DNA from: Felis catus
Lineage: Eukaryota
Direction of reading: 5' to 3'
Length of the DNA: 64,000 bases
Assembly: GCF_018350175.1 (NCBI RefSeq)
Contig: NC_058368.1
Span: forward strand, 66,900,001-66,964,000
In this document: positions 1 to 13,917 of the stretch, in pieces
Layout of the letters: each line of letters starts with the position of its first letter
How positions within the stretch are numbered: the stretch's first letter is position 1
Notes under the pieces: generated by a model
Seen by the model: only the letters and a program-made list of their open reading frames with translations
Databases searched by the model: none
Told to the model about the DNA's origin: nothing
Position numbers and translations under genes: made by a program

Positions 1-830
1 TCTGACTGAGTTGTTTTGCTTAGCATAATACATTCTAGCTCCATCCATGTCATTGCAAGTGACAAGATTTCATAATTTTGATGGTTGAGTAATATTCCAT
101 TGTATATATTCACTCATCTTCATAGGTTAACATCCTACATAACCACAGAACAATGAACAAAACCAGAAAGTTAACATGGTTACCATACTATTAACTGGTC
201 TACAGACATTCAGATTTCACCAACTGTTCCATTAACAGCCATTGTCTGATCTAGGATACAATACAGGACCACACATTGTATTTAGTTGTCATGTTTCCTT
301 ACTTGTAATCGGAATCTGTTCATCAGTCTTTCTTTGCCTTTCATGACCTTGGCACTTCTGAAGAGCACTGCCCCATTATTTTCTAGAATATTCCTCAGTT
401 GGAATCTTTCTGATGTATCCTCTTGATTAGATTTGCACTGTGTCCTCTTTTGGCAAGAATTCCACTGAAGCGTGTTGTGCCCCTATCAAGCACATAACGT
501 CAGCGTGTCTCATTCTGGGTGGCGTCCATTTTCATCATTTGGTTCTGGTGGCACCTGAGTTTCTCCACAGAAAGGCTACCATTTTCCCTTTGTAATGAAT
601 GAGCTTCTTATGGGAAAACACTGAGATTGTGCAAATATTCTGTTTCTCATTATACTTATGCCCATTAATTTTATTATCCACCCTTGATTCTTGCCTACAA
701 TAGTTATTACTGTGGTGTTTGCCAAGTGGTAATTTTCTACTTCAATCATTCCTCCCTCGTTTATTAATCAGCATTCTGCTATAGAGAAGAGTTATTTCTT
801 ATCCTATTTATTGATTTAACTGTTTTTAAA
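1..830 (-). mobile_element. Old L1 3'-end fragments (L1M-type)
   Basis: Contains tagcataatacattctagctccatccatgtcattgca...gtaatattccattgtata, followed by L1MC-like 3' UTR sequence. Confidence 0.7.
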
Positions 831-2269
831 ATAAAGAATAGGATTTCATGAGGGCAGGGTGTTTGGTACTAACAGATGGGAGAAAAAAGCAAGCAATGGG
901 TGCGTAACGATAACCAGCTTGAGTGAAGGGCCTGTGATCCTAAGTGTCATTTGCTGAGAGTAAAAAATAAAAGTCTTCTGACAGGTTCTGAGGAGGCAGG
1001 AGCATGATCAAAGGGCTAGTCAAAGAGGGACATCTTCGGTACAATTGATGGTGGAAGCCTGGCAATGAATTACAAGGCATCTAAGGACGTCTCAGGTAGG
1101 ACAGGAGGAGGATGAGTTCATTCATAAAAGGCGAAAAAGGTACTTCTGTCAACCTTGGTGACGAATCAGTGCAAAAAGAATGGTAATCACTTCCGACGGT
1201 GACTGGAGAGGTAAAAAGTGCTGGGAATTTTGTAGGAAAATACAAGGGGCATTCCTTCAGTTAGCAGTAGCTTCACCGTAAAGCATCCATAAGACGTCCT
1301 GGAGTCTGAGAAATGAAGGAGTGTAAGCAGCCAGTGTTGGAGGGAGGGGCATTCCCGAAAGTGGGAGTCTGGGGGGGCCACTGACCCTTTACACCTGATG
1401 CTACCTCAGCCAGGGTGAATCATGCTATCTTGGCCAGGTAACGTTGGGCAGGGCCAGAGTGCTCCTGAGAGTATTTAGCTATTACATAGCTTTCTGCATT
1501 ATTGCAAAAGAAGAAAGGAAGCATCCAGGGTCCACTGCAACTCCCCGCCCCCACCCCATGGGCCTAGCATGTGGAAATCTGCTCCATGTTTGCAGTTCTC
1601 CTCGGCAGTGAGCAGGAGACGTGTGGAGTTGGAGGGAGCACCTGAGGTTAGCCTTATTCCATATTCTCTGCCAGCCTCTCCCCAAAGAAGTCTGGTTTGA
1701 GCATCACCTCAGGGCTTGAGTAACCCTCCAAGTATCTTGACAAGGCCGGTCCTAGCCCTCCATGTAAATATGCTTGAGATACAGCTTTGGGGACAGCAGG
1801 AATTTGAACAAACTAGAACTCCTTTCTGTTCTTTCTTTGGTTGATGAGAACAAAGATCACTTCTGTGAACCCCGTCCCGAGCCTTGTAACGCCATCAGAG
1901 CATTAGCGCGTTCTCACCACCAGCCTTTATAGGGTGACTAAGCCTGTCTGACAGGCAGCGGTGGCCGAGACTGGCATGTCTCTCTTTTCTCTAACCCTTA
2001 ATTGAGGGCTAGCCCTAGCGAGTGGAGATCCCATCTTTCAAATTGGTAGGGCAGCGGTAAGGAGATACTCCGAGAAAAACTGTGGAAAACCTCTCAAATT
2101 CCTTTGCTGAGACACAGAGCATTGAGTCCCTGGTTGGGCTTTTGTGTGGCCAGGAGGGTCAGGACATTGGCCTGAAACCTGTAGCAGAAGAGAGGGGCAG
2201 CCCAGTCACCATTGCACCAACCCCCTGGCTTCCAGAGACTGGATTTTCATTTTTCTACGGAGAGAGAGC

Positions 2270-2400
2270 ACAGTGCTGTGGATTAACAGCAAAGCTTCAG
2301 ATTCAGACCTGTGTTCACACCTCGGCTCCACCAATGACTATGTGACCTCAGACAAGCCATCTATTCTATACCTCTGTTTCCTCAACCACAAAATGGTCTT
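2270..2400 (+). mobile_element. MIR fragment
   Basis: ggctccaccaatgactatgtgacctcagacaag...cctctgtttcctc resembles the MIR core. Confidence 0.55.
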
Positions 2401-3260
2401 TGGGTAGCACTCAGGGAGTGGCGGCCATGATTAATATTATTGGTGAAACTTGTCCCGTGGCTGTATTCTGATGCTTCTCATCTTGTAGTTCAGAAATCTG
2501 GGGTTTTTTCCTCATGATTACTCAGATTGCCTTTTTGCACCCCTGCCATCCACTATTCTCTTATTCTCGGGAAATTAGATAATGTCGACTAGCCAGTGTT
2601 ATGCATATGGGTGCAGTTTATTAAGATATCATCTATTTAAAATGTCATAATATAATATTTAAGTATCAGTGGGTAAAAACCAAAGCAAAGTTCAACAAAC
2701 CCAAACTACTGCTTGCAACACACAAGTGAAACTTGACTATAGGTTTCTCATTACACTCATTTCACCCTTAACTAATTCACCCCTGTGCCTGGGAGAATCA
2801 TTCTGGACAGCCACACCACAGCGTGTACTTTGTTTCTTTATTTTTACAAGTGCAGTTTAGTTTCCATTATTTGTGATAATTCTTAATAGCATATATTATA
2901 CAAATAATGATGACCTAGTATTATGAGACCTTCCTGAAGATCACTGTTATTAAGTCTTGCTGAGAAGTGGGGCATGACTGCCAAACTTTTTATAGGAATT
3001 ACAGGGTTACTGGGCTTAAAGCAAGGTATGGCGGGACCCAGCAGTTCAAGACAAATACACAAGACTGGTAAAGTCAGGTCTAGAGGCAGTGAAGAAGGAA
3101 ATTAGTGGACAGGAAGTATTGTTCAAGGGCTAGGTGCCAAGAACCTCATAGAATTTCTGTGAAAGAATCACTTGCATTAATTATGTACTGTGATTCCCTT
3201 AAAGTAAGGGTAAGAAGTCTTTGCCCAATCCAGATATATGCCTATACTGAAGAATGAAGG

Positions 3261-3263
<3 letters not shown>

Positions 3264-3307
<44 letters not shown>
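3264..3307. repeat. (GT)n microsatellite
   Basis: About 22 GT units. Confidence 0.98.
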
Positions 3308-3309
<2 letters not shown>

Positions 3310-4195
3310 TCTAATTTCCTGGAAGATCAGGACAAAGATGGAAAGTCAGAGGCACTGTGCTTAAGAATCATCACGAATAAGCAGTGTTTTTAAAAGCCCA
3401 ACCGTGCGTGGAGTTTGGAATCTTGCCCTGAATATTTCTCAGGATTCTATTGAAATATCCTCTTTGTCAGTAAGTTTCTCGTACAGCCTAGAGAAGGAAG
3501 TTATAGGCACGGTGTTAGACCAGTTAATATCCACAATAGCTCCGGCGGGAGGGGGGTGGGGGAGTGACATGTGTTCAACCTCTACTTTCTCCCTAAGAAA
3601 CTAATCTGTGGCAATGTGCTCTTGCCTAGCTTCTGAACATGTGCCCACTAAACCCTTAGAGAGTAGCAACTTGTGCCAGGCAGGTAAAAAATGATAGTTT
3701 TTATTATTTTATTCCATGTGAACCTCCTAGTGTGTGGAAAGGTGATTAAAACTTTCTACGGCCTGATTTATTTTCATGCCAATTTGCAAGGCTGCCTTAG
3801 CATTTCTACATTCCTTATAATTTGAGCATTTATTACCTACTTTACAAGGCACTTGTGTAATATGATATCAGACTTGAAAGTGGTATTGTATGTACAGAAA
3901 CTCTATTAATAAAAATTACTAAGTAGTTGCTATTTGTTTATAGTAAAAGGAGACTCACTAATACACAAGACGAAAGATTCCTCTGTGCACAGTGACTGAA
4001 TTAGCAATTTGGAGACTCTTTTTTCTGGTTTAGCTATCTGAGAGACTGACTTCGACAAGCTCCCTTGGACAAACTTATCTCAGCTACTAACTTGTCCCTT
4101 CCGATCCAGGTATTTTTGATTTGGACACATGAAAGAGTCTCTATATGAGTTTTACAAAACTTACATCAAGCTATGTTTTAAATCACTGCCCTACA

Positions 4196-4422
4196 GGGGC
4201 GCCTGGGTGGCTCAGTCGGTTCAGTGTCTGACTCTTGGTTTCGGCTCAGGTCGTGATCTCCCTGTTCATGAGTTCAAGCCCCACATCGGGCTCTGCGCTG
4301 ACAATGTGGACCCTGCTTGGGGTTTTCTCTCTCCCTCTCTCTCTCTCTGCCCCTACCCCGCTTGCTCTCTCTGTCTCTCTCAAAATAAATAAATAAATAA
4401 ACTTTAAAAAATTTAAAAAAAA
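4196..4422 (+). mobile_element. Feline Can-SINE
   Basis: GGGGCGCCTGGGTGGCTCAGTCGG head, CT-rich segment and A tail. TSD AAATCACTGYCCTACA at 4180-4195 and 4423-4438. Confidence 0.95.
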
Positions 4423-4861
4423 AAATCACTGTCCTACAGAATGTTGACCTGGTCAATGCAAGTGCTGTGTTGACCATGAGACCCGTATGTAGCTATAATA
4501 TCCCTCACTCCACTGACAAACCAAATGGAATAAACTGAGTTTAGGTTGCCTCTCTCACAGTGTATTTCCTCTCAAAGCATTTGTAACCTCCCTCTCAGAC
4601 CTCAAATTCTGTGAAGAACTGGAACCTGAAATGATCGCCTCAATTGACTCTGTCTGCAAGCGATGCAAATATCCGTCCTCCCCCCGATCCCATTTCCGTT
4701 CCAGAAATTAAATTAGCAAGATGTGCTGAGTGGATGCTACCCCAGCCCGCGGAGTGTGATCTTACCCAGCCAAGTGGGGTGTGATGCCCAGAGACGTTGA
4801 TGGGCTGTGGCTTCTCCTCCTCTCTCCCTCCTTGAGTCATCTTCACAAAGAAGGAGCTAAA

Positions 4862-4980
4862 ACAGTGGTTCCCAAAGTTTAGCCCTCAGGCCAGCAGCAT
4901 CAATAGCATATGTTATAAATGCAGATTCTCAGGTCCCACCCCAGACCTACAGAATCAGAATCCCTGGGGTTGGGAGCCCA
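4862..4980 (+). mobile_element. MER5A-like hAT DNA transposon fragment
   Basis: cagtggttcccaaag...aaatgcagattctcaggtcccaccccagacctacagaatcagaatc. Confidence 0.75.
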
Positions 4981-6034
4981 CTGTATCTTCGCCCTGAGGG
5001 TGGAGAAAGACTGATGGAGAGAAACAGTCCCATGCCTGACGGCCAGAGGGTATTTGCCACCAAGATTTCTTTTTAACTACAAATTTGCCGAGTCCAAGAC
5101 CCTAGCATTTTCAAAGAATTCACACGGGGTTTTGTTTATTTGTACATGTTTTTTCTGATGCTCGGCTAAATTATGCCTAATTCAAATCCAGAATGAATTC
5201 AGCTTGACCTATTCCCATTTTTTTTTTTAGTTTAAAATTCATAGCAATCTTTACCCAACTCCCCCCTGTTTTATTTCCTTCTCAGACAATCAAACATTCA
5301 CCCACTACTCTTCTGACTAATCCCAACTCATTTTCCATTCTCACAGGAAACAAAAAAACAAAATTAAAGAAATAAATGTTAGGAATACATCAAAGACCAC
5401 ATACAAGGTGCCCATTACACCTTACTGCTGTAAAGCCTTCCTGGACACACCCCCTCTGAATTTTAATTCTCAAAAATAATTCTAGCAATTGCCTTCACAC
5501 ATGTAACATACATGTGTAATTATGTGTAATGTATGAAAGTCAAGTATTTAATCCTTATGTGGTTCATCCTTGATCAGAGCATTAGGGTTATTGGAGGAAA
5601 CAAAGAATTTTATCAATGAGTCTCATAATCCCATTTCTCAGATGAGGAAACTGAGGCACAGAAAGCTTGACTAGATAGAAACATTAGGCAGAAGTCTCCT
5701 TTTTGGCTAGCTCGAAATGAAAACCTCTTAACGTCAAATTTCCAATTCAAATACATTATAATCAAATAAATGATTACACTCCATCTCCTGTATTTATGAA
5801 TAAAATTCGGATTATTCATGTGCACAGTGTGAGGCTTGAATGTAATCATTATTATCAGCAGCATTTATTAAGCAGCTACATAGGATACAGCACTTACCTT
5901 TAGTCTATGGGAGTGACAAAGGAAGTAAGAGGTTTTCATCTGTGATCTGGAAAAGCCTAGAGGAAATGGGAACAAATGAAAATTATACAAATGAAAACAG
6001 GCACAGGTGATATACAAATAAACATAGACTTAAG

Positions 6035-6375
6035 TGGCAGAGAGATAGTGTTCGCCAAATATTCTCTTTCTTGCCCCACATTCCCAGCCTCCCTTGCAGT
6101 TAGATTGGCCACAGGATTAGTTCTAATTGACCGTGAGCAAAGGCCAAGGCACCTGCTCGAGGCACCTGCACGTCCCCTCCATCCCTTTGTTTCCCCTCTA
6201 TGGCAACCTTGGAGGCCATGTATTCCACATGGTGAAGCTGAAAAATAAGGAGGGAGGGCTGCCCAACCCGCGTTAAGTGCTGACCTGAGAGAGAAATAAA
6301 ACATTATTGTATTAAGCCTTTGAGAATTGGGATTTTTCTACTGCAGCACCTCATGTTAATTACCCTGACTAATTC
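6035..6375 (+). mobile_element. Old MaLR (MLT1-type) LTR
   Basis: ttcccagcctcccttgcagttag start, and gagaaataaa...ttaagcc...ctgactaattca end. Confidence 0.6.
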
Positions 6376-7522
6376 AACCTGGAAATGTAAAGCTGTGCTA
6401 TGCACCTGCACTTCCCCTCCAATTCACACTCCCCTCATCAGGAATGCCCCCTACCACCTCCTTTGTCCATGTAACCGAATCCTAATCTTTTACAACCTAA
6501 GTCAAATGCCAAGTCATTTCATTCATTAGACAAATATTTTTGCACACCTAGTATGTATCAGGTATGCATTCCTTCTTGAGGATTCAACTAAGACAGGCAC
6601 ACCCATGCCCTGATTTCACAGAGCTTAGACTACATCAGGGAAGAAAGAAAATCTAACAAGTAATTATACTCCATTCCCCGAACAGAAGTAATTTCTTCCT
6701 CCTCTGAGCTTCGGCAGATCCTCAGACACACTTAGCCCTTTCTACCCTCCAGGACTGTTGTTATTGGTAACATTGTCTCCCTTGCCTGCCAGGTGGTAAG
6801 CACTTGGATGGTAGGGGATTGATTTTATTTATGTGTGAGTCTGCCACAGCCTTTTGCACGTGGGAGACTCTCTGTAAACAATGACTGAGGACATAGATGG
6901 GGGGGATATGTTAGGTGTGTGCAAGCAATTGCTAGAATTATTTTTGAGAATTAAAATTCAGAGGGGGTGTGTCCATGAAGACTTTATGGTGACTCTTCAG
7001 GAGCATCTGATTGTGATCTAAGAATCGATAATTAGTATTTTCCTCCAATGTACGGGCACGTAGGAAACACTTCATACATATATTAAATGAATGAACTGAA
7101 TGAATGGGTTATCCACTTCCGTATTGATCAATGGCTCTCCTGATTGAATGAATTCCTACCCTAAGGTATCTTCAGTAAATTAAGGAGACATACCATGCAT
7201 TTTTATGGTAAATGAAGACATTTCCAAGCCACAGAGCAGCTGGAACATTTTTTTATCTTGAAAAATCAATAGACTTTCACTGTTTCTGGTCATTTAAACC
7301 AACTCAAATGTAATTTTCTTTATAAAGTAAAACTCAGTTGGCAAAGTTAAGAAGGCTCTTGTTTAAAGAGTGGTGAACTTCTATAAGATATGAACTGGTG
7401 ATCTTCTTAGGATTCTGCTAATCTAAAATAATTTGCAGGATTGAAAGAAAGTACACCGACTTTCATAGTAATCTAATGAGCTCAATTTACCAAAGCTTCT
7501 ACCTTTCATAAAAAAACAAAAT

Positions 7523-7648
7523 GGGGTGCCTGGATGGTTCAATCAGGTAAGCGTCCGACTCTTGATTTTGGCTCAGGTCATGATCTCATGTTTCATGAGA
7601 CTGAGCCCCGCATGAGGCTCTGCACTGACAGGGCGGAGCCTGCTGGGG

Positions 7649-7692
<44 letters not shown>

Positions 7693-7760
7693 CCTCCCTT
7701 ATCAAGCATTCTTTCTCAAAATAATAAATAAATAAACAATTAAAAAAGAAAACAAAGGAA
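7523..7760 (+). mobile_element. Feline Can-SINE
   Basis: tRNA-like head, (CT)n and A-rich tail. Confidence 0.92.
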
Positions 7761-8954
7761 AAAACACCAAAATGAGGACTGAAAGAAGGTATTTTTATAC
7801 TAAAATTTAGTTCCATTTTAGGAAAACAGTTGGCTAAAATGTTTTATTAAAAATTGTAAGACAGTTGGGGAAATTATATTTTTACTTTGTTTCCCACCAC
7901 CCTTCACTGTTTTCTGTGGAGGACCACCAAGGATGTGCCATCATTTTGTATCTCTTATATTTTCCGGTATGCTTTTCTGTTGATAACGCGCTAACCACTA
8001 TGTGATATCCTAGGTGAAGTTTTTAACCAGCATATAACAATATCACTTGGGAATATTGGTTAAATAGTCATTTGTATACACTGATTTCATATTTCTAAGC
8101 ACTAATGTTTTTGCTTTTGAAACGTGACTCTGCATCTTAAATTTCTACAAGTGGTGATTAAATTATTAAGGCTGGATTTGTCCTCCAATAGACATAAAGA
8201 GATTACCTTTTACCTTACTCTATAATAATGCTATTCAGTAAATACAAAATAGAAACTGCTGGGGTTTGTTTTAAGGGTCAAAAGAAGCACACATGTAAGT
8301 TACATTAGAGAGAAGTACATAGTAACAGTAGTAACATATGCTAATGACTTGCACCTTTTAATTAATGGAGTTGTTTATCGGGCTCCAGCCAGCCAGGCAG
8401 GAGTCTCTCCTATTATTTTTGGAGGCGTACAATCTTGCAAATTTAAAGTTGTTAGTTGTTACGTATGGGACAAATCCAGTGAGCTCCGTTTAATTCAGAG
8501 GAGCCCTTCCAAGCCTGAAGATTCATTTCAGTTGTAGATATTAGTAAGATGTGTATTTTTACCATGTCCTTGCCCACCTGGTCTTGTGTGTTTCCTGATT
8601 TCTAGACCACTGCTGACATTGAAACTCATGTTAATTTTGGGCATTCTCAATGATGTGACATGAAATAAATTAGAACTATCCTGAGTGAATGTGTAGAAAA
8701 CAGGTCGGCTCTTTCAAAATACTTATTTCTATAAATGAAGGAATTAAAATAAATTGGTTTTCCTCCCACTGAGGTCTGTTAAAGTGAAGGTTTCTTGAGG
8801 GCCTATTGCACTCAAATGACTTCAGTTCAAATCCATAGAAAATATGAAGAATGAACGTATGAGTAAGAAACCTGGGTGGCCAAATCAGGCATTTTAGTGG
8901 AGTAGATCACAGAGTCCACAGAGTTTAGTGGAGTAGATCACAGAGTCCCAGAAT

Positions 8955-9063
8955 ATTTTTTTTTCAAGGTTTTCAGTAATCTCTATACCCAACATGGGGC
9001 TTGAACTCACAATCCTGAGAATAAGAGTCTCATGTTCCAGTGCCTGAGCCAGACAGGTGCCCC
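8955..9063 (-). mobile_element. Short tRNA-Lys-like carnivore SINE
   Basis: Reverse complement GGGGCACCTGTCTGGCTCAGG...GTTCAAGCCCCATGTTGGGTATAGAGATTACT with A tail; flanked by ACAGARTCCCAGA. Confidence 0.85.
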
Positions 9064-9487
9064 ACAGAATCCCAGAGTCGTAAAGCTAGAAGGAACCATA
9101 AACAGCTACATGGATGTAGGACTTACGGCTGAGCAAGCAAGAGGCCGTGGTGAAGTAATGACATAAGCTAAGTTTACCGGCTAAGAAGTCAGCTCGAAGC
9201 AAAGTCTGAGACCTACTTCGGGTCAAGGGATCTTTCACCCATCAGGCCTCCTCCTTTAATATCTTGAGTGAAATCTGTCTGTGTGAAATCCCCATCTAAT
9301 TGTTTTCCAAACTCTCTGCTAATAGGGCCATGGTTAACAATGGCATAGCCACTCAGTGAAATATTATGCAGCCATTAAAGATAATATTTACGAAGGCCAA
9401 GTAATAACACAGAAAAGTGGCCAGAAGGTAATGACTTTAAAAAAAAAAAGGAGCAGGAAATAAAGCTGTCATGTAGTATAATGACAA

Positions 9488-9703
9488 TTTTCTTAAGTTT
9501 ATTTATTTATTTTGAGAGAGATGGAGAGGGAGAGGGCGCTCGTGAAAATGGGCTGGAAGGGCAGAGAGTGAGGGGGAGAGAGAATCCCAAGCAGGCTCCT
9601 CACTGTCACTGCAGAGCCTGACGTAGGGCTCGAACCCACCAACCGTGAGATCATGACCTGAGCCACAGTCGGATGCCTAACCGACTGAGCCACCCAGGCG
9701 CCC
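9488..9703 (-). mobile_element. Feline Can-SINE
   Basis: T-rich tail, (GA)n, and ...ccgactgagccacccaggcgccc. Confidence 0.93.
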
Positions 9704-10299
9704 ACATATCCTGGTTTAAAGTGGAAAAGTAAAAACTGTTCTGCTTTGTTCAAAGACGACTAAGGCAAAGTCCTTTTACCGTGGGTCTAAAGATGTTTTC
9801 TGGAGCAGAATAAACACTCAAGCAGAGAGTACAAGCCATCGACTCGGGAAGTTGAAATGAGGGCGCTAGTGGGCTTTTTTCAGGGAGTGGGGGCTGGCCC
9901 AGGAGTCTAGAGAATGACCCGGGACCCCACACTCAGCGTGTGCCCTGGAAGACAGGCGTATTGAACAGGAACTCTATGAGTCTAGAACCCATAACTAGAA
10001 TTCTGCCCAAGCACCTGGGAGCAGACTTGAGCGTTGTGCAGACAGGCTCCGGATCCTGAGAAATGAGGGCCTGACTGAAAGGGGAACTCCTGTGCTCCTC
10101 ACATCGCTTGGTTACTCATTTAAATAGTTACTATGAAACCTTCTGAAGCAGTCCGCTTTCACTATCCCTCTGCTGACACTGGATCCAGAGCACCGTCTCT
10201 TCCGTCATGCCGTTCAGCCCTTCCAAGTTCTCTCCAGTGTTGGATTCCCAATGGCCTTTCACTTGGCCTCCTTGCTCTCCCCGAGGTGGATGCTAACAT

Positions 10300-11010
10300 T
10301 TCTTTTCTAACAACATTATTGAGGCATAGTTCACCGGAAATGAACTGCACATTCTTAAAATCTGCATTTTGAAGAGTTTTCACAAATGTATAGACCCATG
10401 AAATCACAACTGCTAACAAGACCCTAACTTTCCATCACTACAAAAGATCCTTCGTGTTTCTTTGCTTTCCATCCCTTCTGGCCTCCCCCCTCCCCCAACA
10501 CCTCTCCGCACTTCACTGGTTGCCCAGTGTTCATCTGCTTTCTGTTATTCTAGATTACCTTTCATTTTCCAAACATTTGTTATCAGTGGAATAATACAGT
10601 ATATACTCTTTCGTATCTGTTTTATTTAACTCCCAATAATGGTTTTGATATTCATTCAAGTTGTTAAAGGCATCAGTAGATGGTTCCTTTTTATTGGTAA
10701 TTAGTATCTCATTGTTTGTTCACCAGTTGATGGACATTGGGGTTGTTTCCATTTGGGGGGTATTCCAGTAAAGCTGCTATGAAAACTCAGTACGAACGAG
10801 TCTTTGTGTGGACATATGTTTCCATTTCTCTTGGGTAAATGCCTCAGGGTGGAGTGGCGAGGTTACATGTTAGGCATAGGTTTATTTATACCTTTTGAAG
10901 AAAACACCGTTTTCCCTTTTAGGTACCCAGAGCAGTGTATGAGAGTTCCGGTGGGTCCACATCCTTGCCATCACTTGGTATAGTCTTCAGCCACGCTGGT
11001 GGGGACATAC
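10300..11010 (-). mobile_element. Old L1M 3' region
   Basis: ccagttgatggacattggggttgtttcc...tctttgtgtggacatatgtttccatttctcttgggtaaatgcct. Confidence 0.8.
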
Positions 11011-11277
11011 GGGCATTTCGTGGTGGGTCATGCGTCCCATCCTGGGCTCCCTGTGAAAGAAAGCCCAGAGGAAGACTGCTAGCACCCCTGCTACTCCAGC
11101 TTTTCGAGTGGATGGTTTGTTCTTTGTATTTCAGTGTTTGTTCTGCCCTAGAAACATCTTTAGACTCTCCATAGAAGGGCTTGGCTTCTGCCTGAAAATG
11201 ATGCCAAATGCTTCTTTTCTAGAGCTTCCTCTTCTGTCCTAATCATGAAGCAAGTCAGCACTCATTGACTTTTTACT

Positions 11278-11748
11278 CTATTCATTTGTTAGGGCTGCCG
11301 GAGAAAAACAGCACAAATGTGGTGGCTTCAAATGATGGAAATTCATTCTCTGACAGTTCTGGAGGCCAGACGTCCAAAACCAAGGCGTGGGCAGGGCTGA
11401 TTCCTTCTGGGGAGAATCCAGTCCACGCCTTCCCTCTCTCTTTTCTGGTTTGCACAGTCCTTGGTGCTCCTTGGCTTGTGCCCACATTACTCCAATCCTG
11501 CCTCTGTCTTCATGTGACCCTTCTCCTCTTGGGTGTCTCCTCCGTGTGTCTGTCTCAAACCTCCCTCTGCCTCTCTCATGAGGACACTTGGCATAGGATT
11601 TAGGGCCTACCTGGAAAACCCACGATGATCTCATCTCAAGATCCTGAATCACATCAGAAAAGACCCTGTTTTCAGATAAGGGAAGATCTGCCAGTTCTAG
11701 GAATTTGACATGGATATCTTTTGGGGGATCATTTTTCAACCTCCCACA
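11278..11748 (-). mobile_element. MLT1C-like MaLR LTR
   Basis: agggctgcc...cagttctggaggccagacgtccaaaaccaagg...gatgatctcatctcaagatcct. Confidence 0.85.
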
Positions 11749-12006
11749 CTTGCTAAGAACTAGGTACCATGCTAGACATTATGATGACAATTTGATTTCC
11801 TCAAAAAAAAAAAAAACTCATGAAGTATTACTCCTATTTTTCAGGCAATACAGTCTTAAAGAAGTATCTTGTTCAAGCACAGTGCCAATTAGAGGTAGGA
11901 CCAGTCATCAAACCCAGTTTTTCCTGCTTCCTATTCTTTGCCTCTCTACCACAGAGATTTTAAAACCTCCAGAATCCTGAAAGTCCCATCTAAAATGCAT
12001 TTAATT

Positions 12007-12217
12007 GGGGCGCCTGGGTGGCTCAGTCGATTAAGCGACCAACTTCGGCTCAGGTCATGATCTCACAGTTCGTGAGCTCGAGCCCCGTGTCGAGCTCTGT
12101 GCTGACAGCTCAGAGCCTGGAGCCTGCTTCCGATTCTGTTGTCTCCCTCTCTCTGCACCTCCCCTGCTCATGCTCTGTCTCTGTCTCCCAAAAAATATAT
12201 AAATGTTAAATAAAAAT
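12007..12217 (+). mobile_element. Feline Can-SINE
   Basis: Canonical body with TSD TAAAATGYATTTAATT. Confidence 0.95.
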
Positions 12218-12299
12218 AAAATGTATTTAATTAAGTGGTTTCTTGGAGTTAGACCTACCAATTTTGCTCCCTTATTGAATGTTCTAAATGGTCTTTGGC

Positions 12300-12476
12300 T
12301 CAGTGGTTCTTAATCCTGGCTACACAGCAGATTCACTCAGAGAACTTTTTAGAAGCAATTGATGCCCAGTTGACCCCTGAACCACTAAGCCAGATTCTTT
12401 GGGGGGTGGGGAATTATCTAGTTTCTTGGAAGCCCCTCAGGTAATCCTTTTGTATAGCTGGGATTGAGGAACCCTG
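12300..12476. mobile_element. MER5-like fragment
   Basis: cagtggttcttaatcctggctacac...ggattgaggaaccctg termini. Confidence 0.65.
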
Positions 12477-13541
12477 GGATGCTTTACTAAACCTGTGGCT
12501 TCCACGCTGTATACTGTTTTCTTTGGAAGTCCTCTGAGATAGGTTAATTCTATTTAATGATCAGAAATGACCCTCCGTCTCAAAGCCCAATTCCTGTTTT
12601 ATACTTACCCATCAAGTCCCTGGAAACTGAAAGATGAGTGACTTAGATTACTAGCTCATTGGCTTATCAGTTTAAGTCCTCTATATAGGAATGAATGAAT
12701 AATGAATGAATGAGCTTACTCCATACATCTGCCCACTTTCTCTGGCTCTTTTGGTCAATCGTCACCAAAGTGCTTCCTGAAGAGAGAGATCTTATAGACC
12801 TTTATCTGTAGGAAGTTACGTATCAAAATTGCATCACCAAAAACTTCACACAGAAAGACCCAACAAAGTAACATGGAGTCCATTGTAATGTTTCTTCTTT
12901 ATATTAAGAAAGGCATCTCGTTTTCTTCTTTTGCATAATTAGAAGTGGCTGGGTGGATTTCATCTGATATTTTTTTCTCAAAAAAAAAAAAAACTGCCTA
13001 AGGATTAAAAGCAAGCATGGAAAAATTTATCTCCAAAGTAAATATTTGGTAGATAGCTGTGGTACCTTAATATTTGCTCCTTTGAACACAGTAATTAGGG
13101 AATTTAGATACCTATGTTGATATACTTCAAATGTTCATCTGGAATATCTTATTATGTGTTCTGTATTTGTCAGTGCAGTTCCCATGTGGTTTTGAATATG
13201 ACTCTGTGGCCTTTCTTGTACTCGATATTTTATTCCAATTTCCCTCCCCTGACGCACTTCAGCCGAGAAGTCCCCGGTTTTCAGGTTGGTCTGTGAAAAA
13301 CTTACTATGTGTAATCTTTTTGGGTTCGCTCCCTTGTATTATAAAAGAGCCTCTTTGCATATTTTCCATAGAGAACGAAGGGCCACTCAGGGCTGCTCGT
13401 CAGATTCACTTTTGTCTGTGTGATCTACCCACTTTGGGAAGACCTAGGAGGAGAAGTTTGGTGTGGTTACCAAGTAATCTCTGAGTTCTTTCCAAACCGA
13501 AGTCTCTTTTGCAGAATACTCGACTGATAGTAGTAAGTTGT

Positions 13542-13584
13542 AATCAAATCAAATCAAATCAAATCAAATCAAATCAAATCAAAT
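13542..13584. repeat. (AAATC)n pentanucleotide repeat
   Basis: About 8 units. Confidence 0.95.
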
Positions 13585-13672
13585 GCCTGAAGTTGGGTCC
13601 TGCTGAATGAAAGCGTCCCTGGCAGGGCCCTTCTGTGGAATAAGAAAAGTTTCTGCATGAAGAATGTGTCAC

Positions 13673-13917
13673 GGGGGTGCCTGGGTGGCTCAGTCAGTTA
13701 AGTGTCAGACTTCAGCTCAAGTCATGATCTCGTGGCTTGTGGGTTCGAGCGCCACATGGGGCTCTGTGCTGACAATGTGGAGCCTGCTTGAGATTCTCTC
13801 TCTTTCCCTCTCTCTCTGCCCCTCCCTCCCTCACGCTTTCTCTCTCTCTCAAAAATAAATAAATAAAAAAAAAAAACCACTTGTCTTCTAAAAAAAAAGA
13901 AAGAAAGAAAGAAAGAA
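13673..13917 (+). mobile_element. Feline Can-SINE with double A tail
   Basis: TSD AAGAATGTGTCA at 13660-13671 and 13918-13929. Confidence 0.95.

Noticed and set aside
5497..5517. 9-bp inverted repeat ACACATGTA/TACATGTGT
   Set aside because: Low-complexity alternating purine-pyrimidine context makes it likely by chance.
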